Shown here piece by piece: positions 49,951 to 63,000 of a stretch of 64,000 nt of DNA. The stretch covers positions 12,256 to 76,255 of the forward strand of contig CAWBWE010000031.1 in the NCBI GenBank assembly GCA_963792395.1, in the 5' to 3' direction. Made by a program: the position numbers and the translations under genes. Under the pieces are notes generated by a model. The model was given only the letters and a program-made list of their open reading frames with translations, did no database searches and was not told the DNA's origin. Source of the stretch: an uncultured Bacteroidales bacterium (lineage in GTDB: Bacteria; Bacteroidota; Bacteroidia; Bacteroidales; GCA-2748055). Each line of letters opens with the position of its first letter. The stretch's first letter is position 1.

Positions 49951-51708
49951 ATGAGATTTTACCTGCTTATCAGCCTTGTTGGCGTTTTTTTCCTGGCATC
50001 CTGTTCCAAAAGTGAGGAGCAGGAGCACCCCAATGTAATTGTGATTCTGACCGATGACCAGGGCTGGGGGGATCTGGGGGTCCACGGAAACAGCAATATA
50101 TCCACCCCCAATATTGATGAGCTTTCGGCGGCGGGTGCTTCCCTGGAGAATTTCTATGTATGCGCGGTTTGTTCTCCCACCAGGGCAGAGTTTCTGACCG
50201 GACGCTACCATTTCCGCGGGGGCGTTTACAGTACCGGTGGGGGTGGAGAGCGGCTGGATATGGATGAGACCACCATCGCTGAGTTGTTCAGGGCGGCAGG
50301 TTACAGGACTGCTGCCTATGGCAAATGGCACAACGGGATGCAATATCCCTACCATCCCAACGGAAGGGGGTTTGAGGATTATTACGGGTTCTGTTCCGGG
50401 CACTGGGGAAACTATCATTCGCCCATGCTGGAGCATAACGGACAAATAGTCCGGGGGAATGGGTTTATCATTGATGATTTTACCGATCATGGTCTGGCCT
50501 TTATGGAGGAAAATGCCGGTAGCCCTTTCTTTCTGTATCTCCCCTACAATACCCCCCATACACCCTTTCAGGCTCCTGCAGAGTACTGGGAACGTTACAG
50601 GGAAAAGCCCATACACATGTGGTCAGAATCTCAGGATGAAGATATCAATGACACTCGGGCAGCTTTGGCCATGTGTGAGAACATCGACTGGAACGTGGGA
50701 CGGATCGTGGAAAAAACCCGGGAACTGGGGATCGATGACAATACCATCATCATCTACTTCTGTGATAATGGGCCCAACCGCTGGCGCTGGAACGGCGGCA
50801 TGAAAGGGAGAAAGGGCTCGATGGATGAAGGGGGAGTACGTTCCCCCCTGTTTATTAAATGGCCGGAAAAAATTAATGCAGGAAAAAAGATAGAACGCCT
50901 GGTCTCCGTAATCGACCTGCTGCCCACCCTGAGTGAAATGTGTGGCATCCCATATGAAACCAATCATCCTCTGGATGGGATCAGTGTAAAAGAAAGCCTG
51001 TTGGAAGAAGGATCCAAGTGGGAGGATCGCTATCTGTTGAACTACTGGGGAGGCCGGATGAGTATCCGGAGTCAGAAGTACAGGCTTGGATACCAGGGAG
51101 GCTTATATGATATGGAGACGGACAGGGGCCAGAAAACCGACCTTGGTGAGGAGCTTCCAGAGCTAAAGGAGGAAATGGAACAGCTTGCCGGAAGCTATCG
51201 GCTACAAATAGAGGAAGAGCTACCCAAAGAGGATCCCCGTCCCTTCTACCTGGGCCACCCTGCCCTGAAGTACACCCAGATCCCTGCCAGGGACGGCACG
51301 GAACATGGCCAGATCAAGCGGTCCAACCGCTACCCCAACTGCTCTTTCTTTACCAACTGGGTCAGCCAGGAAGACAGCATTAGCTGGCAGGTGGAAGTTC
51401 CCGAAGAAGGAAGTTTTAAAGTTTCGCTCTACTACACCTGTCCCGAAGGGGATGAAGGCTCTGCCATTCAGCTTTCGGTGGGAGAGAGCCTGTTGCAATC
51501 CAGAATCACGGAGGCCTTTGATCCGCCCCTGAGAGGTATGGAAGAGGACCTTACACCCAGAATAGAATCTTATGTCAAGGACTGGAAGGAGATGGATATG
51601 GGAACCATTGTATTGGAAGAGGGGACCTTTACAATGACTCTGAAAGCACTGGACATGCCCGGCAAGAGTGTGATGGACTTCCGCCTTTTCCTTTTCGAGC
51701 GGCTCTAG
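49951..51708 (+). CDS. Sulfatase (formylglycine-dependent arylsulfatase family) with C-terminal beta-sandwich-like domain
   Basis: ATG 49951 gives the lipoprotein signal MRFYLLISLVGVFFLASC. Motifs: LTDDQGWGD, the formylglycine motif CSPTRAEFLTGR, and GKWH. Confidence 0.9.
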   Translation: MRFYLLISLVGVFFLASCSKSEEQEHPNVIVILTDDQGWGDLGVHGNSNISTPNIDELSAAGASLENFYVCAVCSPTRAEFLTGRYHFRGGVYSTGGGGERLDMDETTIAELFRAAGYRTAAYGKWHNGMQYPYHPNGRGFEDYYGFCSGHWGNYHSPMLEHNGQIVRGNGFIIDDFTDHGLAFMEENAGSPFFLYLPYNTPHTPFQAPAEYWERYREKPIHMWSESQDEDINDTRAALAMCENIDWNVGRIVEKTRELGIDDNTIIIYFCDNGPNRWRWNGGMKGRKGSMDEGGVRSPLFIKWPEKINAGKKIERLVSVIDLLPTLSEMCGIPYETNHPLDGISVKESLLEEGSKWEDRYLLNYWGGRMSIRSQKYRLGYQGGLYDMETDRGQKTDLGEELPELKEEMEQLAGSYRLQIEEELPKEDPRPFYLGHPALKYTQIPARDGTEHGQIKRSNRYPNCSFFTNWVSQEDSISWQVEVPEEGSFKVSLYYTCPEGDEGSAIQLSVGESLLQSRITEAFDPPLRGMEEDLTPRIESYVKDWKEMDMGTIVLEEGTFTMTLKALDMPGKSVMDFRLFLFERL

Positions 51709-51829
51709 ACAGGTTCAAATCTTACCGGCAGCGGAATTAAGATCCGCATGCAAGTTTTTCTTATTTCAATTTGTTTTTGTCCCTAAACTTCATATATTCG
51801 CCTAACCGGTTTAGCAAACTAATCCCAAG

Positions 51830-52849
51830 GTGCAGAAACTTACCTTACAAGACATAGCAAGCCAACTGAACATTTCAAAAGCAACAATATCCATTGTTCT
51901 AAACGGCCATGGGGATGAGAAGCGTGTCAGTAAGGAAACTCAGCAAAGGATTATTCAATTTGCAAAGGAAAATAAGTATCAGGCTAACCACCTGGCCAGA
52001 GGCCTGAGTTTGGGCAGGAGTGATACAATTGGCCTGGTCGTGCCCAATATTGGAGATAGTTATTTTGCAAGAATTGCCAGAAGGATTGAGCATAAGGCCA
52101 GGCTATCCGGATATAATGTGGTTTTTAGCAGCACCGGGGAAAGCAGGGAAAGGGAGTCCGAGCTGATTTCGTCTATGTTAAGCAGAGGCGTGGATGGGCT
52201 GATCATAGCTTCTTCGCAAAAGAACCAGGAGGATATTTCCGAACTTAAAGAAAGCAAATTCCCATTTGTTTTGATTGATCGTTGTTATCCAGACCTTGAA
52301 ACAAATTTTGTTGGTGAAGATAATGAAGGGGGGGCTTATCGGGCTACGAATCAGCTGGTGAAAACGGGGAGGAAGCGAATTGGCTTTGTAACGATTAAAA
52401 TAGGCCTGGAGGCTATGCATCGTCGTTTGGCCGGTTATCAGCTTTCCATGAAGCAAAATGGATTGTCCATCGAAGACAAATGGATCCGTGAATTGGATTA
52501 TGAGTATGCAGAATCTGATATGCATTTACATATCAAATCCCTGGTGCAGTCTCCTTCCAGTATTGAAGGTATTGTATTTGCAACCCACTTTTTGGCTGCC
52601 TCCGGAATAAGAGCATTGAAGGAAGAAAATGTTCGGGTACCAGAGGATGTGGCCCTGGTTAGTTTTGGGCAGATGAATGCCTTTGACATAACTGATCCTC
52701 CAATAACTTCCATAATTCAACCCGTGGACGAATTAGGAGACAGAGCCGTTGAAATCCTGCTTGACAATCTGAATGGAGAAATTTCAGATAACAGGCGTGT
52801 AATTTTAGATAACAAATTAGAAATCAGGAAATCCTGCGGAACACTTTAA
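51830..52849 (+). CDS. LacI family transcriptional regulator
   Basis: 339-aa ORF with a GTG start. The HTH is LQDIASQLNISKATISIVLNG, followed by a periplasmic-binding-protein-like sugar domain. Confidence 0.9.
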   Translation: MQKLTLQDIASQLNISKATISIVLNGHGDEKRVSKETQQRIIQFAKENKYQANHLARGLSLGRSDTIGLVVPNIGDSYFARIARRIEHKARLSGYNVVFSSTGESRERESELISSMLSRGVDGLIIASSQKNQEDISELKESKFPFVLIDRCYPDLETNFVGEDNEGGAYRATNQLVKTGRKRIGFVTIKIGLEAMHRRLAGYQLSMKQNGLSIEDKWIRELDYEYAESDMHLHIKSLVQSPSSIEGIVFATHFLAASGIRALKEENVRVPEDVALVSFGQMNAFDITDPPITSIIQPVDELGDRAVEILLDNLNGEISDNRRVILDNKLEIRKSCGTL

Positions 52850-52853
52850 GGTT

Positions 52854-53905
52854 ATGTTTCAACCAGATTATACCAACATACTGATGGTGCTGAACAATCA
52901 GCGCCCTACCTATTTGCCACTTTACGAGCACCATATTGACGCGCCTTTTATTTCAAAGATGCTGGGTGAAGATCTTTCATCGAAAGGGCTGAACAGCAGT
53001 GAATTAGAAGACTACTACCGTAAGATAATCGGCTTTTGGAAGGACATGACCTATGATGCCTTCGATTTCGAAGCTGCCATTTGTGATATTTTACCCGGGC
53101 ACGGGGCTATTATGGGAGGAATGGAAGGACCTGTTCAAACCCGGGAAGACTTTGACAGTTACCCCTGGGAAGATATTCCCCGCATTTTTAAGGAAGCATA
53201 CATTCCCCATTTTGAAGCTATCCGCAAAGCCTTACCCCCGGGAATGAAAGCTTTTGGTGGGTGTGGCTATGGTATTTTTGAAGCAAGTCAGGATCTGGTG
53301 GGTTACGAACCACTTTGTATGATGCAATGTATGGATCCTGAGCTCTTTGAGGACCTGTTTGTAAGGATCGGTGATCTGTGGTGCGAACTGTGGTCCTGGC
53401 TCATAGCGAATTATTCAGACCTATTTGTTTTTTACCGCATGGGTGATGATCTTAGGACACAAAACATCTACGCTGCTCGATCCTGAGATCATAAAAACTC
53501 ACATTCTTCCCCAGTACCAGCGGGTTATTGATTTAGTGCATCAATTCAGGCAAAAAATTCCTGCTTCATTCCTGCGGTAAGATTTTCCCTCTTATGGAAG
53601 ATATTATCAAGCTGGGCATTGATGCCAAACACTCCAACGAAGACCAGATTGCCCCCTTTAGGGTGTGGATCGAAAAGTATTCTGAACGAATCGGCCTCTT
53701 TGGCGGATTTGACATGAATGAACTGATATTGAACGATTATGATTACGTCTTTGAAAAGGTAAGGCGGGAAGGAACTGAATTCCGTGCCATGGCAAAGGGA
53801 TACGGACTTGGATCCGGGAATTCCATTCCCGATTACATGGAAGTGGATGGATTCATGGCCATGGTGGAAGCCGTTAAAGCAATACGCTTAGATGAAAAAA
53901 CATGA
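52854..53905 (+). pseudogene. URO-D (uroporphyrinogen decarboxylase/MtaA-like) family protein #1, about 2 frameshifts
   Basis: ORF 52854..53486 plus ORF 53594..53905. A bridging piece (HKTSTLLDPEIIKTHILPQYQRVIDLV ... FLLHSCGKIF) lies in other frames. The TIM-barrel URO-D pattern includes the MGDDLG and HSCG motifs. Confidence 0.7.
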
Positions 53906-53910
53906 TTAAA

Positions 53911-56106
53911 ATGAAAAAACGAAGAATTTTATTACTGGCCTTATTCTCCTTCGCTTTTACAAATCAGGAATTGGCAGCACAGCCAGCGTTTAGTCCTGCC
54001 GATCCGGAGTATTACGCCATGGACAGGGAACACATATAATTTCGAAGATTATCATGTCTTCCTGTTCAATTACCGGGGTTTTGTAAGTCCCCGCCAGTTC
54101 AGCATAACCCAGTTTACCCATGTGCAATTTCTTCCCATAGCGGCAGAAATGTATAATTTCAATCTGAACTTTTATGATAAGGGTACCGGAAGGCTTATTG
54201 AAGATGATGTTCCCGTACGATGGAAATCATGGATAGACGACGGGGATAGTTTTGATCCGCTGGGATCTAACTTCAGGCATAATTCGCCCTGGATCATGGT
54301 CACCCAGGATGAAAGCTGGAGGCCCAATCTGGCACATCGTAAGGGGACTTTTCATAAGGAGAAAGATAAAAAGTGGGTGAGTTTTTCCGCAGAAAGCTGG
54401 ACCAGTGTTGCCTACGACGGATGATGAAGTTTTTATTAAGCTAAAGCTTCACAACAGAAACAGCAAGAATCTGGATCTTACCATCATTCCCAACCAGGTG
54501 GCAGATGAAATCATCTGCCAGTTTAAAGAAGGGGATACACAGGCAAGACTCAATCGATGCTTTCACCATTGGAAGTGAAGTGGCCCATGCCAGAGTCTCT
54601 TCTAACATAGAAACTATTTCTGATAAGGGTTTTGAAGTGAGCATTGCTCCCGGAGAAACAGCGATTTACTGGTTTGCAGTAAAATTCTATCAACCTGAAA
54701 ACGGCGCTCCTGATATCGTTCAGCAGGATATTAAGGAACGGATGGAGGATGCTGAAGCGACCACGAGAGAAAAGCTGGCCTGGGCATACAATCAACTGCC
54801 AAAATTCAGCAGCACCAACAAACAACTGGAGCTGTACTATTACCGTTGTATGCTATACCATGCTCATGAGCCGCTATGAAAATCCCAAATTATATCTCCG
54901 ATGTATTCTGGGCAGTAGGCATGTGGCCCTATACCATTAGCTGGGATAATTCCTATTCCTCCGATATACTTGCCATGCTGGAACCGGAAAGTCTGAAAGG
55001 AGCCATCCTCACAGATTTTGAACATGTGAAAATGAAAAGAACCTATGTGGGATGGAACGGTGCCTACTGGGATAACCTCTACATCCAGGAACCTTTTGCA
55101 CTTCAGATCATGATTGAAGCCTATTTGAGGCACACCAATGATTATTCCATATTTGAAGAAAAAGCAGCAGGCGCGACTGTTTGGGAATGGATGCAGCGCT
55201 GGGTAGACGAACTACAAAGCAACTATACCAATGATCTGGGTTTGATAGATGTGGGCTACAATACGGAAAAAATCATTGAAATACGAACAGACGGGTATAA
55301 CCATGCGGTGCCCATTACCAATGCCCTTACCATCGACCTGCTTTACCAGATGGCGGAATGGGCCAAAAAGAAGGGTGAAAGCAAAATTGGCTGAAACATA
55401 CACTGCTGATGCAGATAATTAAAAAACCTGGTAAATACGAATCTCTGGAACGAAGAAAAAGGATGGTTCGATAACCTTTATCCCGATGGCACCAAAGGTA
55501 CCATCTGGACCTATCATCTCTTCGACCTGCTGGATTCCGATCATTTAACGGACAATCAGCTTATCCGCCTGGTGGGACATATACAGGAAGGTGAATTCCT
55601 TGGGAAATATGGACTGTACTCGATTGCACGAAGAGATACGGTACATTGGGATCTGATTGATTCAGACTGGGGTGGGGGAGGCCAGTATGCCGGTATGCCG
55701 GGTCGTATTTCACGCTATTTGTATCAAAGAGGATTTGCAGGAAAAGGTTGGGATATCTTGAAAAGGCATATCAGGTATATGGACTACTTCCCCTATCTGC
55801 CGCAAAATCCATGGACCGACACACCGGAGCAGGACCTGAGTTCCATGTCCCTGGAGATCTCAGCAGGAGCAGGTATGGAGGCCATTATTTTCGGGACTTT
55901 TGGAGTGAAAATGGAAGAAGATAAATTGACCATCAAAGCCTTATAATCACGAAGATATTGGAGAAGCAAGCCTCAAGGATATCAGGTATAAAGACAGGGT
56001 ATTTGGTATTCAATTAGCTCGAAAGACCTTCTCAGTTTATGAAGGTGATAAGTTGATTGCTACCAGGTTTTACGGCGAATCAGTAACCATTGAGAGTGAG
56101 CGATGA
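53911..56106 (+). pseudogene. Secreted protein of unknown family, possibly an (alpha/alpha)6-barrel glycoside-hydrolase-like enzyme; at least 7 frameshifts
   Basis: Signal peptide MKKRRILLLALFSFAFTNQELAAQ. Fragments are 54122.., 54505.., 54876..55394, 55572..55946 and a tail ending ESER* at 56106. The GH-like guess rests on composition and context only (DWGGGGQYAGMPGRI, GKYGLYSIARRD). Confidence 0.4.
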
Positions 56107-57317
56107 CAGGTCTTGACGAAAAATTCAGAGCTCTTGAGACAGAGAATGCTCCCGGTCAGGAGGTACGGCAGGAGACTGGTAATCTTAATTCCTTGATGCG
56201 GGGTGAAAAACTGGAGGGGATCCCGGTTGACTTTTCTCACGGGGATGTGGATGCATTTCCGCCAACGCCCGGATCATCAGAGGCATGGAAAGATGGATTT
56301 GAAATAGGCGGGCAACAGGCTTACACGGAGTATCGCGGTGCATATCAGATCCGCGAAGGACTGGCTGAGCGCCTGGGCACATTTACAGGCAAACCTGTTT
56401 CAGCGGGCAGCGAATTGATTATTACACCCGGAACTCAGGGGGCCTTGTTTCTGGCACTTGGCGCAACAGTAACCACAGGGACAAAAGTTGCTGTGCTTGA
56501 GCCGGACTATTTCGCCAACCGCAAGCTTGTGAAGTTCTTCGGTGGAGAATTAGTACCCATTGCGCTGCACTACCAGGGAACTCCATCTGACAATGGTCCC
56601 GATCTGAATCGACTCGAGGCTGCCTTTAAAAGCGGCACAGAGGTCCTTGTCTTTTCGACGCCCAACAATCCCACAGGTCTGGTGTATTCAGGCAGCTCAA
56701 TCCAGGCGATTTCAGAACTCGCAGCAAAGCATCATGTGACCGTAATTGTGGATCAGCTCTATTCCAGGATGCTGTATAGCGGTGAAGTGTATACGCATCT
56801 CAGGGGCTGTGCGATTCAGCCGGAAAATCTTATCACCATCATGGGACCATCAAAGACAGAGTCTCTCAGTGGATTTCGTCTGGGTGCTGCATTTGGTACT
56901 TCCGGCTTGATTGATCGAATGGAACGGCTTCAGGCCATCGTTTCTTTGCGGGCAGCAGGCTACAATCAAAAAGTGCTGGACACCTGGTTTGCGGAACCTT
57001 CAGGATGGGTGGAAAATCGCATTCGTGAACATGAAGCCATACGAGACGAGTTACTGGGAATTTTCAGAGCTGCAGGTTTTCCATGCTCCACTCCCCAGGC
57101 CGGAAGTTATCTTTTCCCTCAACTGCCGCCACTTGATATTGATCCTCATTCATTTGTTCAGCTGCTTCGGCACCAGGCAGGTGTAACCCTTACACCGGGA
57201 ACAGAATTCGCCCCAGGATTTGGGGACAGTATCCGCTTAAATTTCTCTCAGGATCGCATCGCTGCAGCTGCTGCAGCCGGTCGGATTGTAAAAATGGTAA
57301 GTCTCTATGGGAAATGA
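56103..57317 (+). CDS. Class I/II pyridoxal-phosphate-dependent aminotransferase
   Basis: Intact 404-aa ORF. Motifs NPTGLVYS and the PLP-lysine motif GPSKTESLSGFRLG. ATGA overlaps occur at both ends. Confidence 0.85.
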   Translation: MTGLDEKFRALETENAPGQEVRQETGNLNSLMRGEKLEGIPVDFSHGDVDAFPPTPGSSEAWKDGFEIGGQQAYTEYRGAYQIREGLAERLGTFTGKPVSAGSELIITPGTQGALFLALGATVTTGTKVAVLEPDYFANRKLVKFFGGELVPIALHYQGTPSDNGPDLNRLEAAFKSGTEVLVFSTPNNPTGLVYSGSSIQAISELAAKHHVTVIVDQLYSRMLYSGEVYTHLRGCAIQPENLITIMGPSKTESLSGFRLGAAFGTSGLIDRMERLQAIVSLRAAGYNQKVLDTWFAEPSGWVENRIREHEAIRDELLGIFRAAGFPCSTPQAGSYLFPQLPPLDIDPHSFVQLLRHQAGVTLTPGTEFAPGFGDSIRLNFSQDRIAAAAAAGRIVKMVSLYGK

Positions 57318-57772
57318 GCACTTCCATCCAAAGGAATAAAATGAACAAACTAAACAACAAACTCATAGAAGAATACAGGCATTCAAAAGAAGGCTATAAT
57401 CCCTATTTGATCGGACCCAAATGGCAGGTGGCACAACTTAACTTTCAGCCAGACCTGGCACCCGATGCCATTAAAAAGGTTGATATCCACCATCAAACGG
57501 ATGAAACCTTCCTCTTAATGGCCGGACAGGCTGTTTTGATTGCGGCGGAGATTCAGCAGAACAGACTAGCCTTTGAAGTAAGAGAGATGAAGCCAAAGGT
57601 CTTATATAATATTCCCAAAGGGTGCTGGCACAACATTGCTCTTTCCCCTGATGCAGAAGTTTCAATTACAGAAGATGCCAATACACATTTAGGTGATTAT
57701 GAGTTTCATTATTTAAATGAGAAAGAACAAAAGGAGCTTTACAAACTCATCGAATCTGTCTGGAAAAAATAA
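57314..57772 (+). CDS. Small cupin-like protein, hypothetical
   Basis: 152-aa ORF (or 142 aa from the ATG at 57341). A beta-rich core with HHQTDETFLLMAGQAVL ... IPKGCWHNI resembles a cupin metal-site layout. The family is not recognised with certainty. Confidence 0.45.
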   Translation: MSTSIQRNKMNKLNNKLIEEYRHSKEGYNPYLIGPKWQVAQLNFQPDLAPDAIKKVDIHHQTDETFLLMAGQAVLIAAEIQQNRLAFEVREMKPKVLYNIPKGCWHNIALSPDAEVSITEDANTHLGDYEFHYLNEKEQKELYKLIESVWKK

Positions 57773-57784
57773 ATCTGATATACC

Positions 57785-58847
57785 ATGAAACCACGAGAAC
57801 GTTTTTTAACGGCTTTGAATGGGGGGATCCCCGATAGAGTTCCCATTTGCGAACATCTGTTCAGCAGAAAATTACTTCAGGAACAACTGGGATATACTAC
57901 CGTATTATATGATGGTGAAGCCCAGGCTAAACTGGCCGCCAAACTGGGGATCGATTGCATCTGGACACCCATCAATGGCTTCTGCGGAATAGAGGAAATC
58001 CCTCACGAGGAGAATGAAATTTACAAAGATGAATGGGGCGTTACCTACAAAAAAAATGGCTGGCCCATCATTGCCCAGATTGATACGCCCATAAAAACCA
58101 GGGAAGACTGGGAGAAGTATAAGTTGCCGGAGGTACAGGCACCCTACAGGCTCAAAATACTAAAGGATACCTTAAAGGCAAATGAGGCAGACCTGGCAGT
58201 CGTACTGGGTTTGCTGGGACCATTTACCATGATGACCTGGTATTTTATGGATTTTCCGGACTTCTCCATGGCGCTCTTTACGGATCCTGAACTGGTACAT
58301 GCTATGGTGGATGCATTTGTGGATTGGAACCTGGAAGTGGCTAAACTGGCCATGGACACGGGTGGTGTCGATGCTTTCCAGATTTCGGATGACTGGGGAG
58401 GATCAACTGGCCTGTTGATATCACCGGAACACTTCGGTGAATTTTTCATAAAACCATTTGAAAAACTGGTCCAGGGACTGAAGGATCTGGGAGCTCCTGT
58501 AATTATGCACAACGATGGCCAGATATGGGATGTTCTGGACGATCTGGTTGCTACAGGGATTCAGGGCTTCCACCCGGTGGAAAAAGCGGCCGGGATGGAT
58601 CTGAAAATCGTGAAAGAAAGGTACGAAGGGAAAACTGTGCCCGGTGGGCAATGTGAATAATAAGACCACCATGGTTACCGGCACTCCCGAAGAAGTTAGA
58701 GCTGAAGTAAAGGAATGCCTTGAAATTGCAGCTCCGGGAGGTGGATATATCATGTCCACAGACCATAGCCTTCACGATGATATCCCATCCGAAAACGTAC
58801 ATGCTTTGATAGAGACCACGCATAAATTCGGAACATATCCTTTATAA
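57785..58847 (+). pseudogene. URO-D family protein #2, one frameshift
   Basis: ORF 57785..58660 (RERFLTALNGGIPDRVPI ... ISDDWG ... IMHNDG) plus ORF 58644..58847 (GNVNNKTTMVTGTPEEVRAEVKECL ... GGGYIMSTDHSL). The switch is near 58630. Confidence 0.75.
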
Positions 58848-58855
58848 TTCCCCTT

Positions 58856-60014
58856 ATGAACTCTAAAGAACGATTTATAGCTGCCTTCGAACATCGCCCC
58901 ACAGACCGACTGCCTGTGACCACCCATCATCTGATGCCTTCGTTCCTGAATAATTACATGGATGGTGCTTCTAATATGGAATTCTTTGAGCAGTTCGGAC
59001 TGGATCCCATTGACTGGCAAATGGCCTATACATTCGATCCCAAACGAGGTGAGTATTTCGATCCCGCACACACCGAGATGGGTTTCCTGGAAGCAAGACG
59101 GGTCATTTCGGATAACTGGAGTAATACAGCTGGAAAAACTGGAAGGCTATGATTATCCCACGCAGCGTTTCAATATTGTTACACCGGAAAAAACGCTGTC
59201 CATGATCCTGCAATCCAACGAACATACCACCTGGGTAAAAGAGCACCTGCTGAAGGAAAAAGCGGATATCGACATTATTGCCAAGTATATGAGCTATCCT
59301 TTGTGTGATGTGGATCAAATTAATAAACAGGCTGATGAGCTAAGGGATAGCGCATTACTGCGTGGACACATCATGGCATTTGAAGGATTCGGACAACCCG
59401 GATGCTGGCAGGACGCAGCCTGTTTGTTTGGCATTGAGCCGCTGATTATGGCGACATTCGAGGATCCTCAGTGGGTTCATGCTTTCCTGAAAATACTTTA
59501 TGAACGGAAGAAAGTTTATGTGGATTCACTTAAAGGAGCCAGATATGACATCCTTGAACTGGGAGGCGGGGATGCTTCCACCACCGTCATCTCCCCGGAT
59601 ATCTTTGATGATTTTGTGGCTCCCTACGATAGCGCCCTGATCGAAGCGGCGCATCATGCCGGACAACGAATCAGCTACCATACCTGCGGTGGAATGATGC
59701 CCATTCTGGAAAATATTGCGGCCATGAAACCCGATGCCATGGAAACCTTCACCCCGGCAGGAATGGGTGCCGATGTGGACCTGGCAGAAGCAAAAAGAAG
59801 AATCGGGGACAAAGTGTGTATGATCGGGGGCTTTGACCAGTTTCATTTTTTAAAGGATTGCACAGAAAAAGAAACCCGTGCTGAAGTGAGACGCTGTTTT
59901 GAGGCTGCGGGTCAGGACGGTGGTTTTATCCTCTCCCCCTCAGATCACTTTTTTGATGCTGATCTGAACCTTATCCATGCTTTTGCCGACGAAGGCCGTA
60001 AATGTGACTACTAA
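58856..60014 (+). pseudogene. URO-D family protein #3, one frameshift
   Basis: ORF 58856..59152 (KERFIAAFEHRPTDRLPV) plus ORF 58962..60014 (ELGGGDAS ... YHTCGGM ... GGFILSPSDH). The switch is near 59110-59125. Confidence 0.75.
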
Positions 60015-60025
60015 AAAACAGAAAT

Positions 60026-63000
60026 ATGATGAAGCAAATCTTAGTTATTTCACTCTTAGTATTAAGTACTGCACTGGCAGGACAGAAGAATCACAAGAAT
60101 TACCTGCAGGGATTCGATAAAGAAATATCCGGACTGAGTTTTGGATATCATTCAGCTCTACCCGATGTAAATGTTTCCCTGCTAATGAGAGGGCAGGCAG
60201 ATTATGAAGCGATTAGCTGGATGACTGAGATTGTTCCGGCAGATTATAAGGAGAAGGAGGTAGCATTTATCTGGCTGTTTAATATGGGAGTCTCCAACGA
60301 TCCCGCAAATTTCATTCTCAGTCTCAACGGGGAACCTTATTTGAGCTTCAAGAATTTAAAGGAAGCGGAATCTCGGAATTAGAGAAATCGAAGGAAAAAA
60401 CGGCTCTGTTCTTACACTTAACGCGACCATGCTTGATGCCAATAGCGATCAGATGGGATTCGCGAGTTTAAAAATCCCCAAAAAGCATCTTACTCCGGGA
60501 AAACCGGCACTTATTGAAATATCCTCTGATACAGAAGAGAATGATGCCTGGTATATGACCGCTAAAAGCGGAATCAGGCAAAGCATAGAGGTGTACCAAA
60601 ACCATGTTGTACTTAAAGAGGAAGGAAAGCTTTATAATTCGGTAAGTGTCGATTTTATTCACATTGGTGATGAGGTGCAAACCACTGTTTCAATCAATGA
60701 TGCAAAAGAAAGTATTCTGCTAAGCCCGGGTTATAATAAACTGGAGCTCCTAATTCCCAAGCTTGAAGAAGAAACTCAAGTTACCGTGAAGATTAAAACC
60801 GAAGGAGAAAAAGAGCAAAGCGTTCCGCTTACAATCAAACCGGTTAAAGAATGGGAAATCTACATGGTTCAGCATACCCATACCGACATCGGTTATACCC
60901 GGCCCCAATCTGAAATACTGCCTGAACATCTGAGGTATATTGATCATGCCCTTGATTTCTGTGATCAGACAGATGATTATCCCGATGCAGCAAAATTCCG
61001 ATGGACCTGTGAAACATCATGGTCTGTCAGGGAATACCTGAGAAGCAGGCCGCAGGAGCAGATCGATCGCCTGTTGAAACGAGTAAAAGAAGGCAGAATA
61101 GAGGTAACAGGTATGTTCCTCAATTATTCTGAGATCATTGATGAACCTGCCCTGGCTGCCCAGACAAAAACCCTGCGAATGATCCAGAATAAGGGATTTG
61201 ATGTGAAATCCATTATGCAGAACGATGTGAATGGGATTGCCTGGTGCCTGGTCGATTACTACAATACGACCGATGTAAAATATCTGAATATGGGAATTCA
61301 TGCGCACCGGGCCAGGAGACCTTTTGACAAGCCGACGACCTTCTGGTGGCAAAGTCCATCAGGGAATCGCTTACTGGCATACAGAAGTGAACACTATATG
61401 CATGGAAATGCAGTGGGCCTGACCTCCGGTAAACTGGTTGTCCTGAGAAACAACCTGTCAAAATACTTAAATACCCTGGAAGAAAAGAATTACCCCTATG
61501 ATAGAGTAGCTTTTCAATTTTCAGGTTACGTCACCGATAATTCGCCTCCTTCCACAAAGGCCTGCGATATTATTAAGGAATGGAATGAAACCTATGAATG
61601 GCCAAAACTCAGAAGTGCCCTTGCCAGGGATTTCCTGATTTTCATTGATGAACAGCATTCAGATGAAATTCCGGTTCATGAAGTGGCCTGGCCCGACTGG
61701 TGGACCGATGGGGTAGGATCTGCAGCCAATGAGACCAAAGAAGTCCGTAAAGCTCATGTAAATATTTCTTCCACCTCCGGCCTGCTTGCCATGGCAAAAT
61801 TGGCCGGAAAAGAGATTCCGGCAGAGATCCATGGTGAGATTGAGAAGGTTTATGATAACCTCTTATTCTACGATGAACATACGCATGGTGCTTCAGAGAG
61901 CATCCGGGATCCTCTTGCGCAAAATACCATAAATCAGTGGGGCATGAAATCATCCTATGCCTGGGAAGCCGCTAAATTATCAACCGTTGTGGAAGAAAAA
62001 GCCATGGCCATATTTGAATCTGCTCTGCCAAAAACAGATAAAGCAAGCATTGCCATCTTCAATACCCTGAACTGGACTCGCTCCGGGATGCATAACATAT
62101 TTCTCTCCCATGAAGAAACTAAAGGAGGAGATTTTGTGATTGTTGATGCTGAGGGCAGGGAGATTCCCATGCAGAAATATCAACAGAGGACTGAAGGGGC
62201 TTACTATGGCCTGTGGGTGAATGATATTCCTGCCATGGGTTATCAAGACATTCAGCATTATTCCCGGTCAAAGCAACAAAGCGGAAACTATTGATATTGG
62301 CAGATCCCTTGAAAACGCCTATTACAAAATTGATATAGATGAGAGCAGGGGCGTAGTTTCAAGCATTTTTGATAAAGAATTGCAGATTGAACTGGTGGAC
62401 CCCCTGGATACGCTAAGCCTTGGTAATTTCATTTACGAGCAGTTGGGTAACCGTCATGAAATGGAGAGGTTAACGGGATCACGCAGAGATACGGTTTATA
62501 AACCCCTGAATCTGAAACGGAGCCTGATGACGGATGTTAAACTGGTCAGAACACAATCCGGGGCCATCTATAACAGTCTGTTCCTGAATGGAGGTATGCC
62601 CGTTTGTACCGATAGCAGGGGCGTGGATATTGAAGTTCGGTTATATCACTTTTCGAAAAAGATAGAATTGCATTATTCCATCCATAAACTGGAGGTCACA
62701 GATCCGGAGGCTGTCTATATTAGTTTTCCTTTCAGGCTTGAAGCAGGCAAACTTGCCTTTGAAGCACAGGGCGGTGTGGTATACCCGGGTAAAAATCAGC
62801 TGGAAGGAAGTTCTTCCGACTGGAATACCATCCAGAATTTTGCTTCTGTTCGTAATGATGAATCGCAAATCGTTTTTGTAAGCAGCGAAATACCCCTGGT
62901 TCAGTTTGGTGACCTGAATTTGGGTCGCTACTATTATCGACTGAATCCAAAGACTAACCATATTTTCTCCTGGGTATTGAATAACTACTGGGTAACGAAT

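Noticed and set aside
49936-50616. 226-aa ORF on the minus strand
   Set aside because: It is antisense to the sulfatase gene, whose + strand frame carries the CSPTRAEFLTGR formylglycine motif.
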